From an uncultured Bifidobacterium sp. (GTDB taxonomy: Bacteria; Bacteroidota; Bacteroidia; AKYH767-A; OLB10), in assembly GCA_964534995.1 (NCBI GenBank), contig CAZHSC010000005.1, positions 17,857-81,856 of the forward strand: a DNA stretch of 64,000 bases, in the 5' to 3' direction. Below are positions 30,801-39,619 of the stretch, in pieces (position 1 is the stretch's first letter; each line of letters opens with the position of its first letter). The position numbers and the translations under genes were made by a program. The notes below the pieces were generated by a model. That model was given only the letters and a program-made list of their open reading frames with translations. It made no database searches and was not told where the DNA came from.

Positions 30801-33800
30801 CACCGATCTGCCTGTGACCGGCAGTGATAATGGCGCCGATATCGCCATCGGCGTTGCCCCCTCTTTCTGGACTCAAAAGGCCTACGTGGGAACCGTCGGC
30901 CGGCAGGCAGCCGTGGCCTTCAGTATCGGTGGCAAAGGATATGTAGGTACCGGTTATAATAATTCTTCTTCAGCTTATCTGAAAGATTTCTGGGAATACG
31001 ATGAGGCTACAAACACCTGGACGCAAAAAGCGGATTTCGGAGGTACAGCACGTTACTATGCAATAGCCTTAGAACTGGGAGGAAAGGGATATGTTGGCGC
31101 AGGGTATGATGCTGCCAGTACTGTTAAAAACGATTTCTGGCAGTATGATCCGATCACAAATACCTGGCTCCAGAAAGCAAATATTGGTGGAAATCCACGT
31201 TGGGATGCCTTCGGTTTCGCGGTAGATGGCAAAGGTTATGCAGGCTGCGGTACCGACGGCAGCACCTGGTTACAGGATTTCTGGGAATACAACCCCGTTT
31301 CAGATACCTGGACGCAAAAAGGGAATTTCCAGGGCGGTTACCGTATGGGAGCCTGCACATTTATTGCCGGGAGTAACGCGTACGTTGCAACCGGCCAGGC
31401 GCCCTATGGTGTTTATAAAGATGATCTATGGCAGTATAATCCTGCTTCCGATACATGGACCAAGAAAAACAGTTTTGACGGCGGAGGAAGGTACCGTTCT
31501 GTTGGAATCGGAATCGGAAACAACGGATATATATTCAGCCCGGATTACAAACAACTCTGGAAATATGAATCTGCTTCGGATGCATGGATTCAGCTCCCCG
31601 ATTTTCCTGCAAGTACACGTAATCATTCTATTGGCTTTGCTATCGGTACAAAAGGCTATGTCGGCGCCGGTACTTACTCCAATGATATTTATTCATTCAA
31701 CCCCGATTTACTGGTCTCTGTAAGTTCAATAACACCCACGGGAGTATTATGTCCGGGAGCTAATATAAGCGTTTCTTATACTGCGTCCGGTGTTTTCGGA
31801 ACCTGCACCGGAAATACCTTTTACGCCGAGCTCAGTGATGAATACGGGTACTTCTATTATATTCCCCAGTATATTGGTTCCGTCAGTAGTAACGCCAGCG
31901 GTACCATAGCTTGTACCCTGCCTTCCGGTTTAATTGCGGGTGCAAATTACAAGATCCGTATTATCAGCAGTAATCCTCTGGTTTATTCAACTCCAAAACT
32001 TAATATCGCTATTGGCACTCCGGCAAAAAATATTTGGACCGAAAAGTCTGCTTTCAGTGGAAGTGCTGGCCGGAGTTCGGCTGCTTCATTCAGTATCGGC
32101 AACAAAGGGTATATCGGAACCGGGACAGATGGCACGTCTTTTTACCGTGATTTGTGGGAGTATGACCCTGCCACGGATGTGTGGACGCAGAAAGCGATTT
32201 TACCCGGCGTTTTCAGGTCTGGTGCCGTAGGCTTTTCCGTTAATAACAAAGGATACATCGGGACCGGGTATTCCAATACGGGTACGTATCTCAATGACAT
32301 GTGGGAATACGATCCCGTATCCAACACCTGGCTTCAAAAGGCGAACTTTGGAGGTGCGGCACGTATATGGGCAGTAGCCTTTACCATTGGCAGTAAAGCC
32401 TATGTGGGAACAGGAGCGGATGCTTCTTCTGCTCGTCAGGATTTTTGGGAATTTGATCCGCAGGCAAATTCATGGATTCAGAAAGCTGACTTTGCCGGTG
32501 GCATTCGCTATGGGGCTGCTGGTTTTTCAATTGAAGGCCGAGGATATCTTGGTACGGGCCATGATGGCAGTAGTGCAAAGAGTGATTTCTGGGAGTTCAA
32601 TCCCACATTAAATATCTGGACTCAAAAGACCAGCTACGGGTCGAGCTACTATGGCACAACAGGATTTTCCATTGGCCAAAGAGGTTACATTGGACTGGGT
32701 AGAAGCACCAGCAATTATTTTACGAATTATTTCCAGGAATACAACCCTTTAACCAACTCCTGGACTTCTTTTCCCTTTAAAGGAACAGGCCGTTCTTTTG
32801 CTTCCTCTTTTATAATCGGTAATACTGCATTTACCGGCTGCGGTTATGACGGCACTAACGTAAATGATTTTTATGAATTAAAAGGCGCGCCGGTCATTAC
32901 CACTTCGGCTGTCAGTATCGCCCCCTTATGCGCAGGTGGCCAGATAAATGTACCGTACATTGCCTACGGCGATTTTGGCTCCTGCAATTCCAATACCTTC
33001 ACCGCCCAGCTCAGCGATGCCAGCGGAAGTTTTGCTTCACCGGTAAATATCGGAAGCCTGGTTTCAAATACTTCCGGCTCTATCTCTGCAACCATCCCCG
33101 CCAACACGCCTAACGGCACGGGGTACCGCATCCGTGTGGTTAGCAGCAACCCTGTAGTGACGGGAAGTGATAATGGAGGTAATCTGTATGTCGGAATGAT
33201 GGCAAGTAATGTCTGGACTCAAAAATCCAACTTCGGTGGAATTTCACGTCAGGGCAGCGTATCATTTAATATAGGTAATAAAGGATATGTTGGAACCGGA
33301 ACAGATGCCTGGAACAACAACTATTACAATGATTTTTGGGAATTTGACCCCTCAACAAATACATGGACACAGAAGGCAAATTTTAGTGGTAATGCACGCT
33401 ATTCTGCGGTAGGATTTGCCATTGGTACAAAAGGTTACATTGGAACAGGACAGGATGCAACAATGGAATACAATGATTTCTGGGAATATGATCAAGCAGC
33501 TAATGTCTGGATTCAGAAATCAAATTTTGGAGGTATTCCAAGAGGAGCTGCCGTTGGTTTTGCAATTGGGACAAAAGGATATATTGGAACAGGGGGTTCT
33601 TATTTACAGGATTTCTGGGAATGGGATCAGGTTACTGATACCTGGGTTCAAAAGGCGAATTTCGGAGGAGGAGTTAGAAATAACGCCGTTGGTTTCTCTA
33701 TAGATACAAAAGGATATATTGGCACAGGTTATACAGGTGGCGGTTTTGCACAGGATTTCTGGGAATATGACCCGTACTATAATAACTGGATACAAAAAAG

Positions 33801-36800
33801 CAATTTTGGAGGAACTTCAAGAGCTTATGCTAATGGTTTTTGTATTGGAAACAAAGGCTACATGGGAATGGGATCAAATCCAGGTATATTAACAGATTTT
33901 TATGAGTGGAATCCAAAAACAAATGTTTGGACTTTGCTTGCCAGCTTTTCGGGTTACAATGCTGATATTGGGTTTGCAATTGGTCAAAAAGGTTATGTAG
34001 GAATTGGAATCACAAATTCAGGTAGTGATTTCTGGGAATACACTCCGGATTTTACTATTTCTACCGGACCGCTTAACACGCAACCGCTGTGCGCAGGAGC
34101 TTCAATAACTGTACCCTTCTCAGCCAATGGAACCTTTGTCTGCTCCAACACCTTCACCGCCCAACTCAGCGATGCCAGCGGTAGTTTTGCTGCGCCGGTT
34201 AATATCGGCTCCTTAGTTTCAAATACTTCCGGCACCATCTCCGCTACCATACCCTCCAACACGCCTAACGGTACGGGGTACCGCATCCGGGTGGTCAGCA
34301 GTAACCCCGTTGTGAATGGAAGTGATAATGGAAGTAATATATCGATAGGAACTGTTTCAACCAATAGCTGGTCGCAAAAATCAAATTTTGGCGGTAGCGC
34401 CCGTACCGGTGCATTTAGTTTCAGCATCGGCACAAAAGGATATATGGGAACCGGAAATGAAATTTCTGTTGGTGATAAAAAGGATTTTTGGGAGTACGAT
34501 CAGGTTACTGATACCTGGACACAGAAGGCGGATTTCGGGGGCATTGCACGTCGCAACGCCCGTGGTTTTAGCATAGGTGCAAAAGGATATGCCGGTACCG
34601 GAGGAGCGGATACACAGTCCGGCTCCATTTTATTGTATGATTTCTGGGAATATGACCCTGCATTAAATGTCTGGACTCAAAAGGCAAATTACGGCGGTGG
34701 AGCTGTTGCCGATGCGGTTGCTTTCAGTATAGCCGGACTGGGGTATATGGGTACCGGTTATGATGGCATCGGCGGTGGTTACAGGAATGACTTTTGGGAG
34801 TATAATCCTTTGACAAATACCTGGACCTCTAAAGCCAATTTCGGGGGAACAGCCAGGTATACTGCAGAAGGACTCAGTATTGGAAATAAGGGATATATTG
34901 GTCTGGGTTTTGACAGCAATAACCGGAAGGATTTCTGGGAGTATGATCCAACCACCAATACATGGTTGCAAAAGGCAGACTTTGGCGGATCGCCGAGGTA
35001 CCGCACCGGTTCTTTCACCATCGGCAATGAAGGTTACATAGGCGGCGGATTTGACAATGTATCCGTTTTATTCTCTGATTTCTGGAAATACAATCCTGCA
35101 TCTAATCAATGGACGCAGGTCGCCTCTTTTTCCGGTTCGACACGTCAAGCGGTAATTTGCTTCAGTTTAGGAAACAAAGGCTATATTGGAACAGGTGGTA
35201 ATGCCAATTATACACTTCGCTTTAATGATCTTTGGGAATACACACCGGCTTTTTCAATTTCTACCGGTCCGCTTAGCCTATCGCCTCTGTGTGCAGGAGC
35301 TTCAATAGCTGTACCGTTCACGTCTAATGGTACCTTTATCTGCTCCAACACCTTCACCGCCCAACTCAGCGATGCCAGCGGTAGTTTTGCATCACCGGTA
35401 AATATCGGCAGCCTGGTTTCAAATACTTCCGGCACTATCTCCGCTACCATTCCCTCCAACACACCTAACGGTACGGGATACCGCATCCGTGTGGTAAGCA
35501 CTAACCCTGTAGTGACGGGAAGTGATAATGGAAGTAATCTCAACATCGGAGGGGGTAACCCGGGTAATGGAAACGTATGGACCGGCATGGCTAACTACCC
35601 TTCATCCCAGCGTCAGAATGCTTTTTCCTTCACTATTAATGGAAAAGGTTATGTAGGCACCGGTTATTGTTGCGGGAGTCCGCTTAATGATTTGTGGGAG
35701 TACGACGCTTTAGCTGACGCATGGGTTCAGAAAGCTAATTTCCCCGGCAGTGCCCGTACTGCTGCTGTGGGATTCAGTATAAATGGAAAAGGGTATGCCG
35801 GTACCGGTGGGTATGGAAGTTATAACAATGATTTTTACGAATACGATCCTGTAAATAATACCTGGGTACAGAAGGCCAGTTTCCCCGGCGGAGCGCGGGG
35901 TGGAGCTGTTGGTTTCAGCCTGAATAATAAAGGATATATAGGAACCGGAGAAAATGCTTCCAGTACTATCTTTTACAGTGATCTGTGGGAATACGATCCC
36001 GTAATGAATACCTGGATTCAGAAAGCCTCGTTCGGAGTGCACCCACGCGCATTCGCCTTTAGTTTTACCATAGGAAATAGAGCATACGTCGGTGGTGGGG
36101 AAGCATCAGGAAATTCCTGGGATGATTTCTGGGAGTATGATCCTTTAGCGGATTCATGGATACAGAAGGCGGCTTTCGGTGGCGGCGTAAGATATGGGGT
36201 CACTGGATTTTCACTCGGTTCTTTCGGATATGCCTGTTGCGGATATAATTCCAATTCACATAATGATTGCTGGATGTATAACCCCGCTTCCAACCAATGG
36301 ATACAACGCCCTTCCCTTCCCGGTTCCGTCCGCACTTATGCAACAGGCTTTACCATTGAATATAATGCTTATATCGGTGCAGGGGCAAATGGTGCCTGGC
36401 CCGGCGATTACTTCCGGTATACACCTGACTTGCTGGTAAGCTCTCCGCTTACAAACAACAGCTTATGCCAGAACAGTATGTTCGATGTAAGCTATACTTC
36501 CCCGGGAGTTGAATTCCTGCCCTGTAACACTTTTACGGCACAACTCAGCGATGCCAATGGTAGTTTTGCATCACCTGTGAACATTGGATCTCTTGTTTCT
36601 CCGGATTCATCGGGCATTATTCCAGTAATAGTTCCTAACGGAACACCGCCCGGTAATTCCTATAGAATTCGTGTCATCAGCAACCATCCGGCTATCACGG
36701 GAACCGACAACGGAAGCAATATCAGCATCGGAGCCGATACTGCCTTAGTTTATTACCGGGATTTTGATAACGACGGTTTCGGAGATCCAAATAATAACAA

Positions 36801-37275
36801 ATCTGCCTGTACATCGCCATCAGGTTACGTTACGAATAACACCGATTGCAACGATAACAGTGCATTTATCCACCCTGGCACAATTGATATATGCGGTAAC
36901 AATATCGATGAAGATTGCAGCGGCACTGATTCAATTTGTTCCTCAAATATTGTACTTCTCGTTCGTTTATTTATTGAAGGATATTATATTGGTAATTCGC
37001 TGATGTCACCTGTACTGTTTAACAATGGGCTGAGTATAAATACAAATGCTTGTGATAGCGTGATTATAGAATTGCGAGAATCCCTGAGCCCATTCGGTAC
37101 GTTTATTTCGACAGGAACAATACTTCAAACCAATGGTTATGCAAACATTTTGCTGCCTGCCACTATGATTGGAAGCACTTACTATATAGTAGTGAAACAA
37201 AGAAACTCCATCGAAACCTGGAGTAAATATCCTGTCACCCTCACGGGTGGAACCAATATTTTTACTTTTAACTGA
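27859..37275 (+). CDS. Giant (3138-aa) secreted protein: N-terminal Ig-like domains, 7 x (six-bladed Kelch propeller + ~100-aa Ig-like module), MopE-like metal-binding motif, C-terminal beta-sandwich-like module; no T9SS CTD
   Basis: One uninterrupted ORF with a signal peptide (…LTHANTC). I counted 42 blade motifs of the form (N/D)DFWEYDPxTNTWTQKAxFGG..R...GFxIGxKGYxGTG. Seven TFTAQLSDASGSFASPVNIG...YRIRVVS modules occur with a period of about 1.19 kb. The YYRDFDNDGFGDP...CNDNSAFIHPG...CGNNIDEDCSG motif is present near the C-terminus. Confidence 0.9.
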   Translation: MRNYYITILAIVSLLSQPELTHANTCYSAYTPSPTASQQNTCSGNTVTLYANGNLRDNSYWAWYKDGCASTSVGTGWSINVAPTTTTTYYVRGEGGCAPGPGPCGQITINVTPGINAPVSNDVYQCQPDSVVLSATPTGINQTVDWFNVPSGGSPLTGGYGTTNFTTPYLTTFTTFYTRARDTLTGCYSANRTAVTVYIGSGVNNTWISKASFPGTGRYGGVSFEINGKAYTGTGINSNNSNTDEFWEYDLHTDTWAQKANFGGGPRHHGVGFSIGNKGYLGTGENGPTLSDFWEYNPTTNIWIQKANVPGNSRVSGVGFASTSKGYIGLGNNGNYGGVQQWYNDFWEYNPQSDSWMKMNNFPGTTLGSPVCGVINDKAYICTGYNGSAYTNGLWEYNITLNSWTEKSPLPSNARGAAFGFSLGSKFYLGGGTPDGGVTSYTDFWEYNPSVSSWTQKPDVGGTPRCYTNYFSGNGKGYVLSGISSGGVSYNELWEYSPVQMIQTLDPLVNNYCPGAALQVPYKISGNFGTCSSNTFTVQLSDASGYFNAPVNIGSITANTDSIIPCIIPTGIASGTAYRIRVVSSSPAVNGADNGTDINIGTSVNSWNQKATFPSTGRIAPSGFGIGNYGYTGLGYDGSSFKNDWWQYDPATNTWTQKSDFGGAPRGYAASFVINGKGYVGTGLLSFSGTDAVDFWEYDPISNQWNQRANFPGIARDDATGFTIGAKGYVFGGVNSPSSVPYNDLYEYDPASNTWITKVSLPAVARGGAIGFGINGLGYVGLGADGSSNYPNDFWAYNPQTNTWAAKAGFPGPSRREASSLSIGQFGYVSCGLNGSTLYKDLWQYNPVSNAWSQKAALPAQARKLAACFNVQNTIYLGLGATSTSLLNDMWAYNAQPEIKTLPLASIQYCAGDTFTIGFTAEGTFGQCSTNTFIAQLSDAYGYFSNPVQIGSINGTTGGTIACSLPAGINPGLKYRVRVISTDLPVTGSDNGADIAIGVAPSFWTQKAYVGTVGRQAAVAFSIGGKGYVGTGYNNSSSAYLKDFWEYDEATNTWTQKADFGGTARYYAIALELGGKGYVGAGYDAASTVKNDFWQYDPITNTWLQKANIGGNPRWDAFGFAVDGKGYAGCGTDGSTWLQDFWEYNPVSDTWTQKGNFQGGYRMGACTFIAGSNAYVATGQAPYGVYKDDLWQYNPASDTWTKKNSFDGGGRYRSVGIGIGNNGYIFSPDYKQLWKYESASDAWIQLPDFPASTRNHSIGFAIGTKGYVGAGTYSNDIYSFNPDLLVSVSSITPTGVLCPGANISVSYTASGVFGTCTGNTFYAELSDEYGYFYYIPQYIGSVSSNASGTIACTLPSGLIAGANYKIRIISSNPLVYSTPKLNIAIGTPAKNIWTEKSAFSGSAGRSSAASFSIGNKGYIGTGTDGTSFYRDLWEYDPATDVWTQKAILPGVFRSGAVGFSVNNKGYIGTGYSNTGTYLNDMWEYDPVSNTWLQKANFGGAARIWAVAFTIGSKAYVGTGADASSARQDFWEFDPQANSWIQKADFAGGIRYGAAGFSIEGRGYLGTGHDGSSAKSDFWEFNPTLNIWTQKTSYGSSYYGTTGFSIGQRGYIGLGRSTSNYFTNYFQEYNPLTNSWTSFPFKGTGRSFASSFIIGNTAFTGCGYDGTNVNDFYELKGAPVITTSAVSIAPLCAGGQINVPYIAYGDFGSCNSNTFTAQLSDASGSFASPVNIGSLVSNTSGSISATIPANTPNGTGYRIRVVSSNPVVTGSDNGGNLYVGMMASNVWTQKSNFGGISRQGSVSFNIGNKGYVGTGTDAWNNNYYNDFWEFDPSTNTWTQKANFSGNARYSAVGFAIGTKGYIGTGQDATMEYNDFWEYDQAANVWIQKSNFGGIPRGAAVGFAIGTKGYIGTGGSYLQDFWEWDQVTDTWVQKANFGGGVRNNAVGFSIDTKGYIGTGYTGGGFAQDFWEYDPYYNNWIQKSNFGGTSRAYANGFCIGNKGYMGMGSNPGILTDFYEWNPKTNVWTLLASFSGYNADIGFAIGQKGYVGIGITNSGSDFWEYTPDFTISTGPLNTQPLCAGASITVPFSANGTFVCSNTFTAQLSDASGSFAAPVNIGSLVSNTSGTISATIPSNTPNGTGYRIRVVSSNPVVNGSDNGSNISIGTVSTNSWSQKSNFGGSARTGAFSFSIGTKGYMGTGNEISVGDKKDFWEYDQVTDTWTQKADFGGIARRNARGFSIGAKGYAGTGGADTQSGSILLYDFWEYDPALNVWTQKANYGGGAVADAVAFSIAGLGYMGTGYDGIGGGYRNDFWEYNPLTNTWTSKANFGGTARYTAEGLSIGNKGYIGLGFDSNNRKDFWEYDPTTNTWLQKADFGGSPRYRTGSFTIGNEGYIGGGFDNVSVLFSDFWKYNPASNQWTQVASFSGSTRQAVICFSLGNKGYIGTGGNANYTLRFNDLWEYTPAFSISTGPLSLSPLCAGASIAVPFTSNGTFICSNTFTAQLSDASGSFASPVNIGSLVSNTSGTISATIPSNTPNGTGYRIRVVSTNPVVTGSDNGSNLNIGGGNPGNGNVWTGMANYPSSQRQNAFSFTINGKGYVGTGYCCGSPLNDLWEYDALADAWVQKANFPGSARTAAVGFSINGKGYAGTGGYGSYNNDFYEYDPVNNTWVQKASFPGGARGGAVGFSLNNKGYIGTGENASSTIFYSDLWEYDPVMNTWIQKASFGVHPRAFAFSFTIGNRAYVGGGEASGNSWDDFWEYDPLADSWIQKAAFGGGVRYGVTGFSLGSFGYACCGYNSNSHNDCWMYNPASNQWIQRPSLPGSVRTYATGFTIEYNAYIGAGANGAWPGDYFRYTPDLLVSSPLTNNSLCQNSMFDVSYTSPGVEFLPCNTFTAQLSDANGSFASPVNIGSLVSPDSSGIIPVIVPNGTPPGNSYRIRVISNHPAITGTDNGSNISIGADTALVYYRDFDNDGFGDPNNNKSACTSPSGYVTNNTDCNDNSAFIHPGTIDICGNNIDEDCSGTDSICSSNIVLLVRLFIEGYYIGNSLMSPVLFNNGLSINTNACDSVIIELRESLSPFGTFISTGTILQTNGYANILLPATMIGSTYYIVVKQRNSIETWSKYPVTLTGGTNIFTFN
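32990..35540 (+). repeat. High-identity intragenic DNA repeats inside the giant gene (copies at ~32990-33185, 34030-34340 and 35230-35540)
   Basis: Aligned by eye, the copies at 34030-34340 and 35230-35540 are offset by exactly 1200 nt with roughly nine in ten bases identical. The copy at 32990-33185 shares the 190-nt TFTAQLSDASGSF core. Confidence 0.8.
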
Positions 37276-37366
37276 TGTAACATCAATCCGCAATTTATTG
37301 AAACATACATTCCTTGAGTCCGGGCGTACCAATAATTCATCTCCTCATGGATTTAACCTTTAGAAG

Positions 37367-37409
37367 CTCCGGATCAGACCCCACAGTCGCTGATATGTCT
37401 GATCCGGAG
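37367..37409. terminator. 13-bp perfect-stem hairpin between convergent genes, a possible bidirectional terminator
   Basis: CTCCGGATCAGAC-N17-GTCTGATCCGGAG, located 92 nt after the giant gene stop and 47 nt after the EamA stop. There is no clear U-tract. Confidence 0.45.
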
Positions 37410-37455
37410 TTCCGAAGCACTAAAGATTCATATGGAAAGACAGGCCACTTTCGTT

Positions 37456-38355
37456 TCAGGGTTTAACCTTCAGCATCCCCCTGTTCACTAAAAACACGCC
37501 GATGATGGTGACGGCCATGGCGGCTATTGATTTTTCACTGATGCTTTCATTGAGCAACAGCCAGCCCAGGAATACTGCCACAATGGGATTCACATACGCG
37601 TAAACGGACACCTGCTGGGCCGGAAGGTAACGCAAGGCATATACGAAAAGACTATATCCCAGCACTGAGCCTGCTATCACCAGGTAGATCACCGCCCACC
37701 AGCCGCTCCAGTCGCCCGGCAGCGACTTCCATTCGTCTCTGTAAATACCCATCAGCGTGGTGATGAGGCCGCATAAAAGCATCTGCCAGGCTCCGGTAAG
37801 CACCGGCGACATCTGTACCGGGTATTTTTTCATGTGTACACTTCCCAGGGAGCCATTGATGACGCCCAGCACCGACAGAAACAGACCACCCGCGTAGTTT
37901 GTATTTCCAAGCAGAAAAATATGATCGTAAAAGATAATCCATTGCCCCAGCAATCCCAGGAAGATCCCCGCCAGGGCCATGAGCGGGGTTTTCTCGGTGG
38001 GGTTCCACAAACGCGTAATGATCACTATCCATAGCGGGAAGGCAGTATTGATCAGGGCCGCGAGGCCGCTGGGGACGCTCTGCTCGGCCAGCACCAGAAA
38101 AAGGTTGCCGCCAATGAAGATAAAAATACCACTAACCATCATGCGTTTCAGGTCCCGCCTGCCGGGAAGCAAGCGCTCTTTGCCGGGAATAAATAACAAG
38201 AGGATCAGCAGGCCGGAAATAACAAATCGCAGCCCCGAAAACAGAAAAGGCGGAAACCTGCTGTCCATACCCATCTTAATGGCCAGGTAGGTGGTTCCCC
38301 ACAGGAAACAAATGGCTGCCAGCGCGGCAAAAGGTTTCCAGTGAATACCATTCAT
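37456..38355 (-). CDS. EamA/DMT-family transporter
   Basis: 299 aa, about 10 TM helices in two EamA-like halves. Confidence 0.85.
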   Translation of the reverse strand: MNGIHWKPFAALAAICFLWGTTYLAIKMGMDSRFPPFLFSGLRFVISGLLILLLFIPGKERLLPGRRDLKRMMVSGIFIFIGGNLFLVLAEQSVPSGLAALINTAFPLWIVIITRLWNPTEKTPLMALAGIFLGLLGQWIIFYDHIFLLGNTNYAGGLFLSVLGVINGSLGSVHMKKYPVQMSPVLTGAWQMLLCGLITTLMGIYRDEWKSLPGDWSGWWAVIYLVIAGSVLGYSLFVYALRYLPAQQVSVYAYVNPIVAVFLGWLLLNESISEKSIAAMAVTIIGVFLVNRGMLKVKP

Positions 38356-38369
38356 GAAGCAGCGGATGT

Positions 38370-39614
38370 TTACTGACCTGTGAGCCTTTTATCAGTCAAG
38401 CGGGTAACGATAACGCCCGATGTATAACGGGCCGCCGCAAATCCGATACCGCATACAATGAGCAGGACCAGCAAAAAATCACCCGCCTGCATGGCTACCG
38501 GGTAGGCCTCTACGACAAATCCTTCCCCTCCTCCGATTTTAACGACCTGCCCGTATTGCTGGAGGGCGCAAACCAGGGCTCCCGCTGCCATCCCGGCCAG
38601 GGCTCCTCCCACCGATATCATCAGGCCTTCCAGCAAAAATATCTTTCTGGCCATATCAAGGTCGGCGCCCATACAATAGAGGGTTTGCAGGTCATCGCGC
38701 TTGTCGAGAATGAGCATGGTCAGTGTCCCGAAAAGATTGAAGGCAGCGATGAGCAGGATGAAACCGAGGATGACATACACCGCCACCTTTTCGGAATGGA
38801 TGATCCTGTATAAAAAGTCATGCTGCATGAGCCGGTCTTTTACCTCATATTTATCTCCGAAGAACGCCTGCAGGTTTTCACGCGCTTCCGCTTGGCTGAT
38901 GCCCTCCCTGAGCTTTATCTCAAAAGCGGTGACCCCGGTGGTATCCCCTGTCATCTCCTGGATGAACCGTATCGGCACCAGTACATACTTCGCGTCAAAA
39001 TCCTGCTGTACGCCAAACACGCCGCTTACGGCAATGGCGCGCTGCGAAAAAGCCGAAGAAGGATCTACTGCCGTCAGGGCGGGATCAATTCCCTTTTGCG
39101 GCATAAACACACTGACGCTGTGAAGAGGATCGCCGGGGCGCAGGCCCAGCCCATAAGCGATCTGAGCGCCGGCAATCATAAAATCCAGGGGTCCGTCTTC
39201 CAGCACCGCCTCCCCCTCCAGTATTTTACTTTTAATATCGCTGGTATGCAAAAACGACTCGCTTACCCCTTTTACCGTAACCACATACTGACGGTCCATG
39301 TATTTCAACAGGGCGTTGTCCTCCAGCACAAAGGTCATCCCCGCAATTTCCGGTCGCCCCGACAACTCACGGAGAAGGGTATCCGAAACCGGAAAAGTTT
39401 TACCGTAAGCCGCAGTGACTTTGATATCCGGATCAAAGGAATCATACAATGACATGACCAGGTTGCCAAAGCCATTGAATACGGAAAGGACCACCACGAG
39501 GCCGAAGGTGCCTACGGCAACACCCAGTACGCTCACCCAGCTGATAATATTAATCAGGTGATGGGATTTCTTGGCGAAAAGATATCGCCGGGCAATCTTC
39601 CAGGCAAGTTTCAT
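38370..39614 (-). CDS. FtsX-like ABC permease (LolC/LolE-like)
   Basis: The conserved N-terminus MKLAWKIARRYLFAKK begins at the ATG at 39614. The 60 upstream codons of the tracked ORF overlap the methyltransferase gene, so I discount them. The C-terminus is an FtsX 3-TM bundle. Confidence 0.8.
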   Translation of the reverse strand: MKLAWKIARRYLFAKKSHHLINIISWVSVLGVAVGTFGLVVVLSVFNGFGNLVMSLYDSFDPDIKVTAAYGKTFPVSDTLLRELSGRPEIAGMTFVLEDNALLKYMDRQYVVTVKGVSESFLHTSDIKSKILEGEAVLEDGPLDFMIAGAQIAYGLGLRPGDPLHSVSVFMPQKGIDPALTAVDPSSAFSQRAIAVSGVFGVQQDFDAKYVLVPIRFIQEMTGDTTGVTAFEIKLREGISQAEARENLQAFFGDKYEVKDRLMQHDFLYRIIHSEKVAVYVILGFILLIAAFNLFGTLTMLILDKRDDLQTLYCMGADLDMARKIFLLEGLMISVGGALAGMAAGALVCALQQYGQVVKIGGGEGFVVEAYPVAMQAGDFLLVLLIVCGIGFAAARYTSGVIVTRLTDKRLTGQ

Positions 39615-39619
39615 GGGTG

